IMG/VR virus record: IMGVR_UViG_3300030397_000323
Location: 1-30,252 of that record
Reading direction: 5' to 3' (one strand)
Source of the DNA: a virus
Taxonomy: Duplodnaviria; Caudoviricetes
DNA length: 30,252 nt
Under the pieces are notes generated by a model. The model ran no database searches and was not told where the DNA came from. It saw only the letters and a list, made by a program, of their open reading frames with translations. Shown here piece by piece: positions 9,598-19,046 of this stretch (position 1 is the stretch's first letter; each line of letters starts with the position of its first letter). The translations under genes and the position numbers were made by a program.

Positions 9598-10488
9598 ATG
9601 GCGTTTTCGCATTACGACGTAGTGCTGGATTCGGCGACCATTAAGCAGATCCGCAGCGTGTCACATAATCCGGGTGTAAACGTTGCAGTCGCTCACGGGT
9701 CAGGTGAAGCCAATGCGGCGGCTGTGTTTCAGGGACAGACGGAGCCGAGTACATCGGTGCAGTCAACCGATTTGGCGACGCTGCTGGCACTCAGTACAAA
9801 CACATTTATTGCCAGCGGGCATACGGTCACAAGTGCCAATTGCGATGTGCAGTACCGCGAACGAGCCGATGGCGGAATCTACGCCAGCGGTGCAAGTCAC
9901 ACATTTCTGCGATGTAGTGCAACCACACTGGTAACACCGGACACGATCAGCGGCACAGTCGGCGAGTCAGCAACGTGTGACTTCACAATGCGATACCACG
10001 GAGCGGCACCGGGAACAGCCCCACCAGTGTCCGAAGTCACAGCCCAGACAATTGCATCTGCTGCAACGATCAACGGTGAGTACACACTGCACTCGGTCTC
10101 AGTGGCTGGTAGCAGCATCACCGAACTACAAAGCGTGACAATCAATCCGGGGATCTCTGTTATCAACACGCCGGGTGTCTCTTTCCCGCAGGCGTACTTC
10201 ATGCCGGAGATTTTGCCGTCGATCGAGATCGTGACGGCCGACAGCAGTGCAGCGACCGCCTTGCTGGAAGGTGCCACGCTGGGAGCTGGTTGCGTCGTGT
10301 ATTTCGCAGCACGAGCATCAGGCGGGATCATCACCAGTACAGCCAGCACGGCACACGTCTCAGTGACAGGTGCGGCCGGTATGCGGCAGGCTCCAACGAT
10401 CAGCACAACGGATCAGGGCAACGGCACGGCGACAATCCGAATCACACCGCTCGCACTCACCGCAGCTACGGGAGTTGCAATCTCCTAA
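9598..10488 (+). CDS. Putative major tail (tube) protein
   Basis: 296 aa, T/S/A/G-rich beta protein, AAGGGG RBS, two genes upstream of the tape measure. Confidence 0.6.
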   Translation: MAFSHYDVVLDSATIKQIRSVSHNPGVNVAVAHGSGEANAAAVFQGQTEPSTSVQSTDLATLLALSTNTFIASGHTVTSANCDVQYRERADGGIYASGASHTFLRCSATTLVTPDTISGTVGESATCDFTMRYHGAAPGTAPPVSEVTAQTIASAATINGEYTLHSVSVAGSSITELQSVTINPGISVINTPGVSFPQAYFMPEILPSIEIVTADSSAATALLEGATLGAGCVVYFAARASGGIITSTASTAHVSVTGAAGMRQAPTISTTDQGNGTATIRITPLALTAATGVAIS

Positions 10489-11138
10489 TGCGTTTTCTGG
10501 TCAACATTCCAGGAGATCACGAGGGCAGCCCACAGGACATCATGGAATCGGTGGGCCTCGGTGAGATTGCGCGAGGAATGGACGCGCAGAAGCAGCAGGC
10601 CGGGCCGGCGGGGCACGGTATCAACCTTGGCTGGCTGGATTCCGTGCAGTCGGATATGAGGTATCTGCCGGACCAGCAGACGTGGCTGCCATCACTGAAG
10701 CCGAAAGCGTACTGGATCGGCATATGGAACGACTCAGCACCGACTGAGGAAGACTTGCGGCGACCGGACCACAGAACCGGCGTGCAGATTGGACTGAACA
10801 ATGGTGAATCATGGACGGTGCCGACACCCGACACACTGGAACGTTTTCCGCAGCCGGATCCGGAGCGACCGGGCCAGATCATGTGGTCGGTTGATGAGCA
10901 GTTCAACTGGCTGGTCACCGACCTGAACAAGATCGTCGCGGAGCGTGTAACACAGGACGGTGAAAACCAGTTGCTGGTGTTCGATAAGGAACAGGATTTC
11001 GACTTCTTTTGCCGGCTGTTGCAGGTCAATTATCGCATCACGCCTGAGGTGATTATGCACCTGCGGTTGATGTCCGATGTGTTCGTGAGCGACTTAATGC
11101 GGGCACTGGTGCGGAACCGGATTGGCGGTGACGCATGA
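10488..11138 (+). CDS. Hypothetical protein in tail assembly chaperone position
   Basis: Start moved to ATG 10488 (TAATG coupling), MRFLVNIPG..., 216 aa, between tail tube and tape measure. Confidence 0.6.
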   Translation: MRFLVNIPGDHEGSPQDIMESVGLGEIARGMDAQKQQAGPAGHGINLGWLDSVQSDMRYLPDQQTWLPSLKPKAYWIGIWNDSAPTEEDLRRPDHRTGVQIGLNNGESWTVPTPDTLERFPQPDPERPGQIMWSVDEQFNWLVTDLNKIVAERVTQDGENQLLVFDKEQDFDFFCRLLQVNYRITPEVIMHLRLMSDVFVSDLMRALVRNRIGGDA

Positions 11139-12835
11139 CGAACAAGATCGAAATTCCGTTGGATGTATCAGGTGGCGACCGAGCAGAATCGCAGGTCGCA
11201 AATCTGGAACGTCGCGTTACCGAATTATCCAAGTCGCTGGATCAGCAGAACAAACGCGCGGCACGCGGCGCCAAAGTCGCTGCCGGTTCGTACCAGGCAC
11301 TGGAAAAGGAACTCAAAGACAACGTCAAAGAACTGAAGCGGCTGGAGGTCGGGTCGAAGGCGTTCACGGCACAGAAGCGGAAGGTAGATCAGTTAGCTCG
11401 GAGCGTCGCTAACGCCAATACGCAGATTGCCGCGAGTACCACAGCGGGCAATCGATTCTCTGCATCAGTCGGTGCGGGAATCACACAGGTCGGGCAACTG
11501 GCGGCAGGTTTCGTCGGGTTGCAGGCAGGTATCTCTGCTGTTGTGCAGGAGCTGGAAAAGGCAAAGCAGGTACAACTGCGAGCGGCACAACAGGAACTGA
11601 CGTTTGAGGCAGCACTGGCGAATATTGGTCTTAACATTGGCGGCGATCAAGTCGACCGGGCACGCCAGTTGATCGAGACAAATGCACCCGAACTGAATAC
11701 CACGCAAGAAGGGCTGGCGAACCTGATCGGCGTTGCGATCAGTGCCGGTGCCAAAGATCTCGAAGAAGCGATGAAAGTCTCAGCAGCGGGTCTTGAGGCA
11801 ACCGTAGGCGATGCCACAGCAGCATCAGAACTAGTGCAGACGGCACTGGATATCACAAGCCTGTCGGGTAGCGATAACTTTCGCGGGGCACTCGGGCAGG
11901 TTGCACAGACACAGGCACAGGTTCGATCGGTCAACGCGTCGGAGTTCTTCACGAACATCGGGCCGGCACTGGCAGCAGCGACGGCAGACCGGGCGAACCT
12001 CGACGGGATCTCGACCGAAAGGGCGTTGGAAGTTTCGTCTGTTATCAGTCAGGTTCTGAAAGACAGAACAGGTGCAAATACAGCTACGGCGGTGCGGCAG
12101 TTCGTGACGCGGCTTGATTCGTTTGTGCCGGAACTTTCAGCCACACTGAAAGACGGTTCAAAGGCGAAACTTACAAGAGAACAAATTAGTCAGTTCCAAC
12201 AGAGCCGGTCGATTGATGAACGTATTGAACTGTTCCGACAGAATGATGCACTGGCTCGACAGTTCCTCGATCAACAGAAGGAAGGTATCGGCAAGGGTGC
12301 GATTGCTGAGTTGATTCAGGGCTCGACGCGGGCGATTGAGATCGAGAAAAAAGCGGCGGCAGGTATCGGCAGCTTGTCAGAGGCGGAGGGTGCATTCGAT
12401 TCACTGGTGCGGGGTGTGTCGTCAGCAACAACGCTGTTGCGTGCAGAGCGTGAATCAATTGCTGGCTTAGAACAGTTCCAAACAGGTGACACAACGGCAC
12501 TGCAAGGGCAGGTGCGAACTGTCATGACGCGAGTGCTTGACAATGTCAACCTACCCGGTCTGGATTCAGCAGTTGCGGGATACGCGCAAACCGCATTAAC
12601 AGCGGCGAATGATGCAGGAAGAGATCCAACTGCCGAAGTGATTGAATTCCTGAAAGATTTGAAGAACTCAGAAGGCGGACTGTTCAGTCGGCAACTGAGT
12701 GCGCAAGAGAAACGGTTTGTTGAGACACAGATTGCCGTGCTTGAACGAATCGAAAAGGCTGTATCTAAGCCGCCCGTTGTTATCCGCCAGAACGCCCCTC
12801 GTCCGAATCCACCACCAGCAACGGCAGTGCCGTAG
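11135..12835 (+). CDS. Tail tape measure protein
   Basis: 566 aa Ala/Gln-rich helical protein with N-terminal IEIPLDVSG, coiled coil GSYQALEKELK...LEVGSKAF and a hydrophobic segment. Confidence 0.75.
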   Translation: MTNKIEIPLDVSGGDRAESQVANLERRVTELSKSLDQQNKRAARGAKVAAGSYQALEKELKDNVKELKRLEVGSKAFTAQKRKVDQLARSVANANTQIAASTTAGNRFSASVGAGITQVGQLAAGFVGLQAGISAVVQELEKAKQVQLRAAQQELTFEAALANIGLNIGGDQVDRARQLIETNAPELNTTQEGLANLIGVAISAGAKDLEEAMKVSAAGLEATVGDATAASELVQTALDITSLSGSDNFRGALGQVAQTQAQVRSVNASEFFTNIGPALAAATADRANLDGISTERALEVSSVISQVLKDRTGANTATAVRQFVTRLDSFVPELSATLKDGSKAKLTREQISQFQQSRSIDERIELFRQNDALARQFLDQQKEGIGKGAIAELIQGSTRAIEIEKKAAAGIGSLSEAEGAFDSLVRGVSSATTLLRAERESIAGLEQFQTGDTTALQGQVRTVMTRVLDNVNLPGLDSAVAGYAQTALTAANDAGRDPTAEVIEFLKDLKNSEGGLFSRQLSAQEKRFVETQIAVLERIEKAVSKPPVVIRQNAPRPNPPPATAVP

Positions 12836-12847
12836 AAAGGTGGCGCG

Positions 12848-13240
12848 ATGGCTTTCGACATCCCGGTTCAATACAGCCAACTTCCAGAAATCCAGCCGTA
12901 CAATCGGCCGATGGCGGTGCGTTCGTTCTGGGGGCTGGTCGGGGCGCAGGTACTGCTCAGCAAAAACACTGTGCGTGAGCTCACGTTCGACGTCACGATC
13001 ACAGACAAGGCCAGTCTACAGGCCCTGATGAACGTGGTGGCACAGTTCGATACCAGCCTCAACGATGGCGACAGCGGCGATCTGACGGCCAACGGCATCA
13101 CGTATCCCAACTGCATCTTTCTCGGCTTTTTTCCGAGTGGCCCGGCGTTCTATGACCCATCGGGGCACGACTACACGCAGTTCGGGCAGGTCAAGTTCCT
13201 TCAGGTCGGCGAAGTAGCCGAACAGGAGAACAACGCCTGA
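12848..13240 (+). CDS. Putative distal tail protein
   Basis: 130 aa immediately after the tape measure, AAGGTGG RBS. Confidence 0.5.
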   Translation: MAFDIPVQYSQLPEIQPYNRPMAVRSFWGLVGAQVLLSKNTVRELTFDVTITDKASLQALMNVVAQFDTSLNDGDSGDLTANGITYPNCIFLGFFPSGPAFYDPSGHDYTQFGQVKFLQVGEVAEQENNA

Positions 13241-15177
13241 TGCTCACGGATGCAGTCAACACAACAGGTAATCGCGCGTTCGTATATGAGGCGTTTGCAA
13301 CACGAATCAGCAGCGACGGCACACCGCCAACAACGGAAGGCACAGTCAGTCAGTCGATGATTCCGGTCGAAGTGTCGCAATCGGCCGGCGGGCAAGAGCT
13401 GGATTACGCGCAGATCGTCAGCAAGGGCACGGATCCGCTGATTAACCGCACGCAACCGGCAAACTTCAGCCGCATGGTCGACGTGTTGTTGCCGGACGAA
13501 AACATGACGCGGGTTCACCTGGGCGACTATGTCAATGAGTCGGAGATTGTGCAGCCCGGTGGCGAGCAGCTCACGGCACAAAGCCACCTGCGGCCGTATC
13601 ACTTCGGCACGCCGTTGCAGGGCGAGTTGTGGCAGTTCGGAGTGTTCGGGGGTGACATTCAAACGGTCAAGAAAGACATTACGTTCAACCCAAACATAAA
13701 CGGCGAAGTGCTGCCGAATATGTCGAGCGAGGAACGCGACGACGGGTTAAGCCAGTTGTGGGTGCATCCACAGACAACGGAGGTCAGCGGAGAAGAGTAC
13801 GGGGAGAACGTCGCACGCTCAAAATGGGATCTGAACGAAGCGATCAAAGCACTGTGCTGGGCATGTAATGAGGACGAAGAGTTTATTCTGAACCCGACGA
13901 GCTGGGACACGATCACAGATCCACCAGCACTGGAAAACGTGATTCTGCCACGAGGTCAGTACCTGCCGTTCTATCTTGACAGGTTGCTACATCCTCTCGG
14001 CTACAACTGGTATGTGGATTACGGCGACCGCAAGGGATGGAAGAAAGACCAGCCGGAAATCAAGATCTTTCAGAAAGGTGCTGGCACCGAAAAAGAGATC
14101 TATTACCAGGCACCAGACAGGCCGCTGAAACTCGATAAGACGAACTGTGACCAGTACGGCATTAGTCGCAACATCGCGGACAACTACAACGCGGTACGTG
14201 TGCTGGGTGCAAAAGACCAGATGGAAGGCACATTCGTACTGTACAAGTCGTGGTCAGAAGATGACGACTCGCTGACGGCCGATGATTTGAAACGCAAAGG
14301 TGGCGCAAGTTACCCAACAAAGCCAACAGTGCGACGATTGTTTACAGCAGGAGAAGGCGGTGGATTGGTCGGGCTACGCAGTGACGTGTTGGTAGCTGTA
14401 CCAGAGTTCGACGGAACTGGTGGATTTAGCCTGGCGGCACAGTACCGACGCAAGGTAATGCCGCCGCTAACGTATCAAGGGAAAGCCGGTAAGAAGACTC
14501 GTCGCGATGTGATACTTGAAACCGTTGCAGAAGGCACTGGAGATCGAGAAGAGTATGCCGGATCGTTTGGCATTCTGCCGGACCAGATAGGAGTGCTGAT
14601 TACAGACGACGAACTACCGTCGGAAATCATGAACGCGGACTACCTGCTGCTGACATGCACTATAGAAGGCGATTCACGAATTGAAGGTGTTGCTGAACGA
14701 GAGGCACACGCTGTCAACGGGCGAGACGTCTGGCTCGAACTGGATCTATCGGACAAGTTCGGTCGTCGCTGGGTTGTGGCCACTGGCAACGAACACGCCA
14801 GTAAGCTCGATGGCGACGCAGCCGGAGCAGACACCGTCGACGACTCCACCGCAATTCAGGAATACGCCGAAGCACTGCTTGCGCAGGGTGGCTACGCCGA
14901 ACTCGATTGTGAGTTTACGTTGCCAGGCATCCACTTGCACTATGAGATCGGCGACCTGATTACGAACATCGCAGGCCGTGAAGTGTCGCTGGATGCGGCA
15001 TCGGCAACAGCACCCGCCGCCGTCTATCCGCAGGTCACAAAACGGACGTTTCGATATCACCCGGATACGGGACCGGAAACGATTCTCACGCTCGATCGAG
15101 GCGTGCCACAGGTGCAACCACCGGAAGTCATCGAAGTAGTCGACTTCATTACCAACAACACTCAGAACATTGCATAG
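13240..15177 (+). CDS. Putative tail tip / baseplate hub protein
   Basis: 645 aa, TGATG coupling. LDRLLHPLGYNWYVD and C-terminal TLPGIHLHYEIGDLI are typical of hub proteins. Confidence 0.6.
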   Translation: MLTDAVNTTGNRAFVYEAFATRISSDGTPPTTEGTVSQSMIPVEVSQSAGGQELDYAQIVSKGTDPLINRTQPANFSRMVDVLLPDENMTRVHLGDYVNESEIVQPGGEQLTAQSHLRPYHFGTPLQGELWQFGVFGGDIQTVKKDITFNPNINGEVLPNMSSEERDDGLSQLWVHPQTTEVSGEEYGENVARSKWDLNEAIKALCWACNEDEEFILNPTSWDTITDPPALENVILPRGQYLPFYLDRLLHPLGYNWYVDYGDRKGWKKDQPEIKIFQKGAGTEKEIYYQAPDRPLKLDKTNCDQYGISRNIADNYNAVRVLGAKDQMEGTFVLYKSWSEDDDSLTADDLKRKGGASYPTKPTVRRLFTAGEGGGLVGLRSDVLVAVPEFDGTGGFSLAAQYRRKVMPPLTYQGKAGKKTRRDVILETVAEGTGDREEYAGSFGILPDQIGVLITDDELPSEIMNADYLLLTCTIEGDSRIEGVAEREAHAVNGRDVWLELDLSDKFGRRWVVATGNEHASKLDGDAAGADTVDDSTAIQEYAEALLAQGGYAELDCEFTLPGIHLHYEIGDLITNIAGREVSLDAASATAPAAVYPQVTKRTFRYHPDTGPETILTLDRGVPQVQPPEVIEVVDFITNNTQNIA

Positions 15178-15185
15178 GTGACGAC

Positions 15186-15509
15186 ATGGCTAAGAAAGCA
15201 ACAACACAAACAACAGCCTCGCAAAGCCCAATTGACGCGGCATTGGAAAAAGTGACCAACGCCACCTGTGACGTGGCGTTGATCTACCGCGAATCGTTCG
15301 CGGATCAGGTGCGGTTCGAAGACTTCCAGCGGTGGATTCGGACACTGCGAGAAATTCCAGAGGACGTGTTGCAAAAGCTTGTTGAGGTGCGGACTGAGGG
15401 GATTGAGGCCGCATTCCATAAGTGCTGCCCGAATCATGTGTCACTTGAGGAATTCCGCAAGCGAGCAGCGGCCAAACTGCAACCCGCGAAAGGCGACAGC
15501 GAAGAATGA
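15186..15509 (+). CDS. Hypothetical protein
   Basis: AGGTG RBS, helical, overlaps the next gene (ATGA). Confidence 0.65.
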   Translation: MAKKATTQTTASQSPIDAALEKVTNATCDVALIYRESFADQVRFEDFQRWIRTLREIPEDVLQKLVEVRTEGIEAAFHKCCPNHVSLEEFRKRAAAKLQPAKGDSEE

Positions 15510-17170
15510 CCACTCACGATCTGCGATATCAGTCAGGCGTTGCTACGGGCTTCCAGCCACGTATGGGCCGCACTGCGCACGGTCGTGAGTTGCGATACAT
15601 TCCGGGGCGAGGTTCTTCGTTTGAGGCAGGTGATTGCTACCCGCGAATCTGGCGTTATGTATTTGCTGACAGCATCATCGATGATGTTGTGACAGGACTG
15701 GAAGATACGGATTGGTCGTATATTCAGGATGGATATGTACGTCTAGAAGGTAGCGATCTAGCCCCGCTGTCAACGTTTGGGGCAGCGTACGGCATGAAAG
15801 GCGTTCGCTTCGTTGCCGATGACCGGGTGCGGGACGACTATTATCAGTATGTGTTTCCCGGCAGCAGTAACGGCGCGTATCTAAACAATGCGATGTATTT
15901 CAATTTCAGTCCGCATGAAATACCAAGCCTGAATCTCGATCGAGTCAATTACACGCAATCGACTGTCTTGAATGCACTGCGGGGCGGGCCGCTGCCGTCG
16001 CAGTCGCATATCAAACCGGAAGCGGTAGATTCGATTCGGGTGCCGATGCCGTTTGCCTTTGGTTCGATTGGGGGATTGTATCCCGCCAATCATAGCTTTC
16101 TTGGTTATCGCAACTGGTATCAGTTTTATGTGACACACGCCCGACCAGTCGTAAACGATGAAGTCGCGGGACCACTGACCGAACTGGGCGGCACGTATCC
16201 CGTGACCAGAACCGAATCAGGTACAGACTACACATTCACTGTGCATGGAACGCCAGCGGTAGACTGGGACCGTGAGTGCATGGCCCCCAATGTATTCGAC
16301 CTGCCGCTGTTCAGTGGGGTCACCATTGGCTATGGCGACGTGGTAGGATTCGACATGTGGCTGTGGATTGCAAGAGACCGCGCGTGGCCAATCGGAACCA
16401 GTTCACATCCACACGATGAAATTCCCGCGATTATCAATACGCCACAACACAGCCGCTATGCGCACGACTACTACGATCTCGACCATAACTACATGGCCGC
16501 GTATGACATGCCGATCCGTACGGACCTCGACCTGCTTAGCTATCAGCCGGGCAACGCGGCAACAGAATTCAACTACACGACGCACACGTACAAGCTCGAT
16601 TTTGGCAGCAATGAAGAATGGACACCGCTCGATAGTCAATACTTCACGTTTGGCGATCAGGATGGGTTCACGTTCAAGAGCGATGATTGCCACCTGGTGA
16701 ATCGGTACGTAGCCGAAACGACATACGGAGCGTACTACAAAGTCGGACTGAACTGGGACGGCGAAACGTGTTGTCTAATGTTTCAGTTTGAGCCAGCGGC
16801 GTATGTCCCGAACAACGAAGCGAACGTGTTCGGTCGGTTGGCAATGGCGATTGACACGGATGCGATCGAGGTCGGGTACTACCCGCGAGCGTCAACTGAT
16901 GAAGACTGGGACGACAGTTACGTAGACGCGAGGCCGTACGGTGTGACGACTTCACCGCCAGGGCCATTCAATGCAGGAGGATCTACGGTCTTCGATCTAG
17001 CGTATGTGAAATACAACGTGTACGCGCCGTACAACCCCAATGTCATTGTGGGTATTCGATATTCAGTCGGCAACTATTACCCGGCACAGTCACTCACGAG
17101 CAACAACAACTACGAAGGCCCACTGTTAAACATGGCCACATCCATCACGGTGACAAGGGTGAAACAATGA
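15506..17170 (+). CDS. Tyr/Asn-rich tail protein, candidate receptor-binding protein
   Basis: 554 aa aromatic-rich beta protein in the tail-tip region. No family recognised. Confidence 0.55.
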   Translation: MTTHDLRYQSGVATGFQPRMGRTAHGRELRYIPGRGSSFEAGDCYPRIWRYVFADSIIDDVVTGLEDTDWSYIQDGYVRLEGSDLAPLSTFGAAYGMKGVRFVADDRVRDDYYQYVFPGSSNGAYLNNAMYFNFSPHEIPSLNLDRVNYTQSTVLNALRGGPLPSQSHIKPEAVDSIRVPMPFAFGSIGGLYPANHSFLGYRNWYQFYVTHARPVVNDEVAGPLTELGGTYPVTRTESGTDYTFTVHGTPAVDWDRECMAPNVFDLPLFSGVTIGYGDVVGFDMWLWIARDRAWPIGTSSHPHDEIPAIINTPQHSRYAHDYYDLDHNYMAAYDMPIRTDLDLLSYQPGNAATEFNYTTHTYKLDFGSNEEWTPLDSQYFTFGDQDGFTFKSDDCHLVNRYVAETTYGAYYKVGLNWDGETCCLMFQFEPAAYVPNNEANVFGRLAMAIDTDAIEVGYYPRASTDEDWDDSYVDARPYGVTTSPPGPFNAGGSTVFDLAYVKYNVYAPYNPNVIVGIRYSVGNYYPAQSLTSNNNYEGPLLNMATSITVTRVKQ

Positions 17171-17625
17171 ACATAGACACACTCAGTACAGAACTCGCGG
17201 CGGGACATCCCGACACGGGAGCCTACGACGCGGACGCACGCACAGCGGCGGAACAGATCAACGCGAAGAATCGCGGCCGACTGGATCCAATCGGCAGTGC
17301 CGAACTGCTGGCATGGTCAGCGGGAGCGTCAGACGGCGACGATCCTCGATTACTGAAGATCGAGACAGCGGCCGAAGTGCATGTATCAAAGCAGGTTCAC
17401 GCACTGGCGAAGGCAGCACTGAAGACAATCGAACGCGACGAAACAGAACTCGATCTGACGCTGCCAGACCGCATGGCACTGGTCGACGGGTTGGTGGCTG
17501 GTGGCGTGCTGTCAGCTGCAGACAAAACGAGCCTGATAGCAACATCGACAACAGCGATCAGTCGGGCAGAGGAACTGGAACTGCCGGTCATCAAGCCGGG
17601 TCATGTAATTGAAGCGAGGGCGTAA
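17167..17625 (+). CDS. Conserved phage hypothetical protein (C-terminal SRAEEL...V...GHV..AR motif)
   Basis: ATGA overlap, AAGGGTG RBS, helical. Possibly a fibre assembly chaperone. Confidence 0.7.
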   Translation: MNIDTLSTELAAGHPDTGAYDADARTAAEQINAKNRGRLDPIGSAELLAWSAGASDGDDPRLLKIETAAEVHVSKQVHALAKAALKTIERDETELDLTLPDRMALVDGLVAGGVLSAADKTSLIATSTTAISRAEELELPVIKPGHVIEARA

Positions 17626-17628
17626 GCG

Positions 17629-18207
17629 ATGGCACTTCCTGACTCATATAAAATGGTTCCCGGCACCCCGATTGTGGTGGCCGATTCAACCGATCACAGC
17701 CCATCGGCGAACAGTAACATCGGCACGCGAACCGACCAGATTGATTGCACGGATTTGGCGGCCGGTGCGGCGCGCGAATCTGACAAGATCGACTTTGGCA
17801 GTAGCTTCGATGTTGAATATGTGCTGGCCGCATCGATCGAGTGGGAATCCTCACCAGAAGTCACGGCTGGTGAAACGGTCGACTTTTATATTGGGTGGAG
17901 CAATAACGCGACAGCCGGCACCGGCAATCCGGGCGGGCTCGATGGGGCAGATGGAGGGTACACCGGCTACACCGGCGGAAGTCTCGACGACTCATTGCCG
18001 TCGCTGCATTATCTTGGATCAATGGTGATGGATAACGTGGTTACTACTGACGATCCGCAGGTGAATACATCAATCGCCACGTTCACCCCAAGAGCGAGAT
18101 ACGGCACGCTGGTTGTTCATAACAACGCAGCCTCAGCCGCGTTTCACAGTGACATGGCGGAGACGTCCATTGCATTTACTCCAATCACAATGAGGGTCGA
18201 AGACTGA
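17629..18207 (+). CDS. Beta-sandwich (jelly-roll-like) virion protein
   Basis: GAGGGCG RBS, acidic beta-strand pattern, translationally coupled to the LamG gene. Confidence 0.65.
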   Translation: MALPDSYKMVPGTPIVVADSTDHSPSANSNIGTRTDQIDCTDLAAGAARESDKIDFGSSFDVEYVLAASIEWESSPEVTAGETVDFYIGWSNNATAGTGNPGGLDGADGGYTGYTGGSLDDSLPSLHYLGSMVMDNVVTTDDPQVNTSIATFTPRARYGTLVVHNNAASAAFHSDMAETSIAFTPITMRVED

Positions 18208-19046
18208 TGGCAAATAAGCCGTCACAATCAGGCGGGTTCTACGCACCGGGGCGCGGCACACGAGCCGCGTATCCCGAGCTGTGGGATGGTTGCGTGGGCG
18301 CATGGGCACCGCTGCTTGGCAATACCGGTACATCCACGTTGCCGGATCTATCAGGGTGTTGCAACCACGGTGCAATGACGAGCGTAGTAACCAGCGACTG
18401 GGGCAGTCATCGCCAATGTTACGCACTGGATTTCCCCACGGCGGGCACGCGATCGATTGATTTCGGCAGCAGTGAATCGTTGCGGGTCGATACACAATTC
18501 ACGATTACGATGTGGGCGAATCGTCCGACCAGTCATCGTATTGGATTGAGCCGCTGGATGTCGGCACCGGATCTGGGTTACGCGTTTCAGATGCACACAC
18601 TGGACCGGCTTTATATCAGCATGTCCGGCACAGGTAGCGACAACAACAACATCTACTGCAATCTGCCGACGGGTGAACGTGAGCGGCTGTTACACGTCGC
18701 GGCTGTGTTCGATGCAGGATCGGCAGCATTGTTCGTGGATGGTGTCGAGCAGGCTGTGGCGGGTTCTACGGGTAGTGTGCCGTCGAGTATTTACAACACC
18801 TCACTGGCGCTCAAGGCGTCTGTCGGTGCGGCGGCATCGGTCGGCCAGTATGCGGAAATGAGACTCTACAACCGAGCGTTGGCACCGGCGGCAATCCGCC
18901 AGCTGGCGTTACGGCCGGGCATTGCCTACGAACAGAAACGGTGGCTGCCGATTCACATTGCAGACGCAGGCGGCGGTGGATCCAGCGGATTTCATAAGGT
19001 GGCAGGCCGCAGGCTGAAAACGAAGTTGCGAGGGTTGGTTCGATGA
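18207..19046 (+). CDS. LamG / concanavalin A-like lectin domain protein
   Basis: LPDLSG..NHG, ALDF, FTITMWA, HVAAVFD, LFVDGVE and EMRLYNRAL are LamG_3 hallmarks. Confidence 0.85.
   Translation: MANKPSQSGGFYAPGRGTRAAYPELWDGCVGAWAPLLGNTGTSTLPDLSGCCNHGAMTSVVTSDWGSHRQCYALDFPTAGTRSIDFGSSESLRVDTQFTITMWANRPTSHRIGLSRWMSAPDLGYAFQMHTLDRLYISMSGTGSDNNNIYCNLPTGERERLLHVAAVFDAGSAALFVDGVEQAVAGSTGSVPSSIYNTSLALKASVGAAASVGQYAEMRLYNRALAPAAIRQLALRPGIAYEQKRWLPIHIADAGGGGSSGFHKVAGRRLKTKLRGLVR

Noticed and set aside
10488-11138. Lambda G/GT-type programmed frameshift chaperone pair
   Set aside because: A single ORF fills the gap and directly overlaps the tape measure start. No second frame or slippery site was found.
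15506-17170. Diversity-generating retroelement target (AAC/TAC-rich C-terminus)
   Set aside because: No template repeat and no reverse transcriptase seen in the window.
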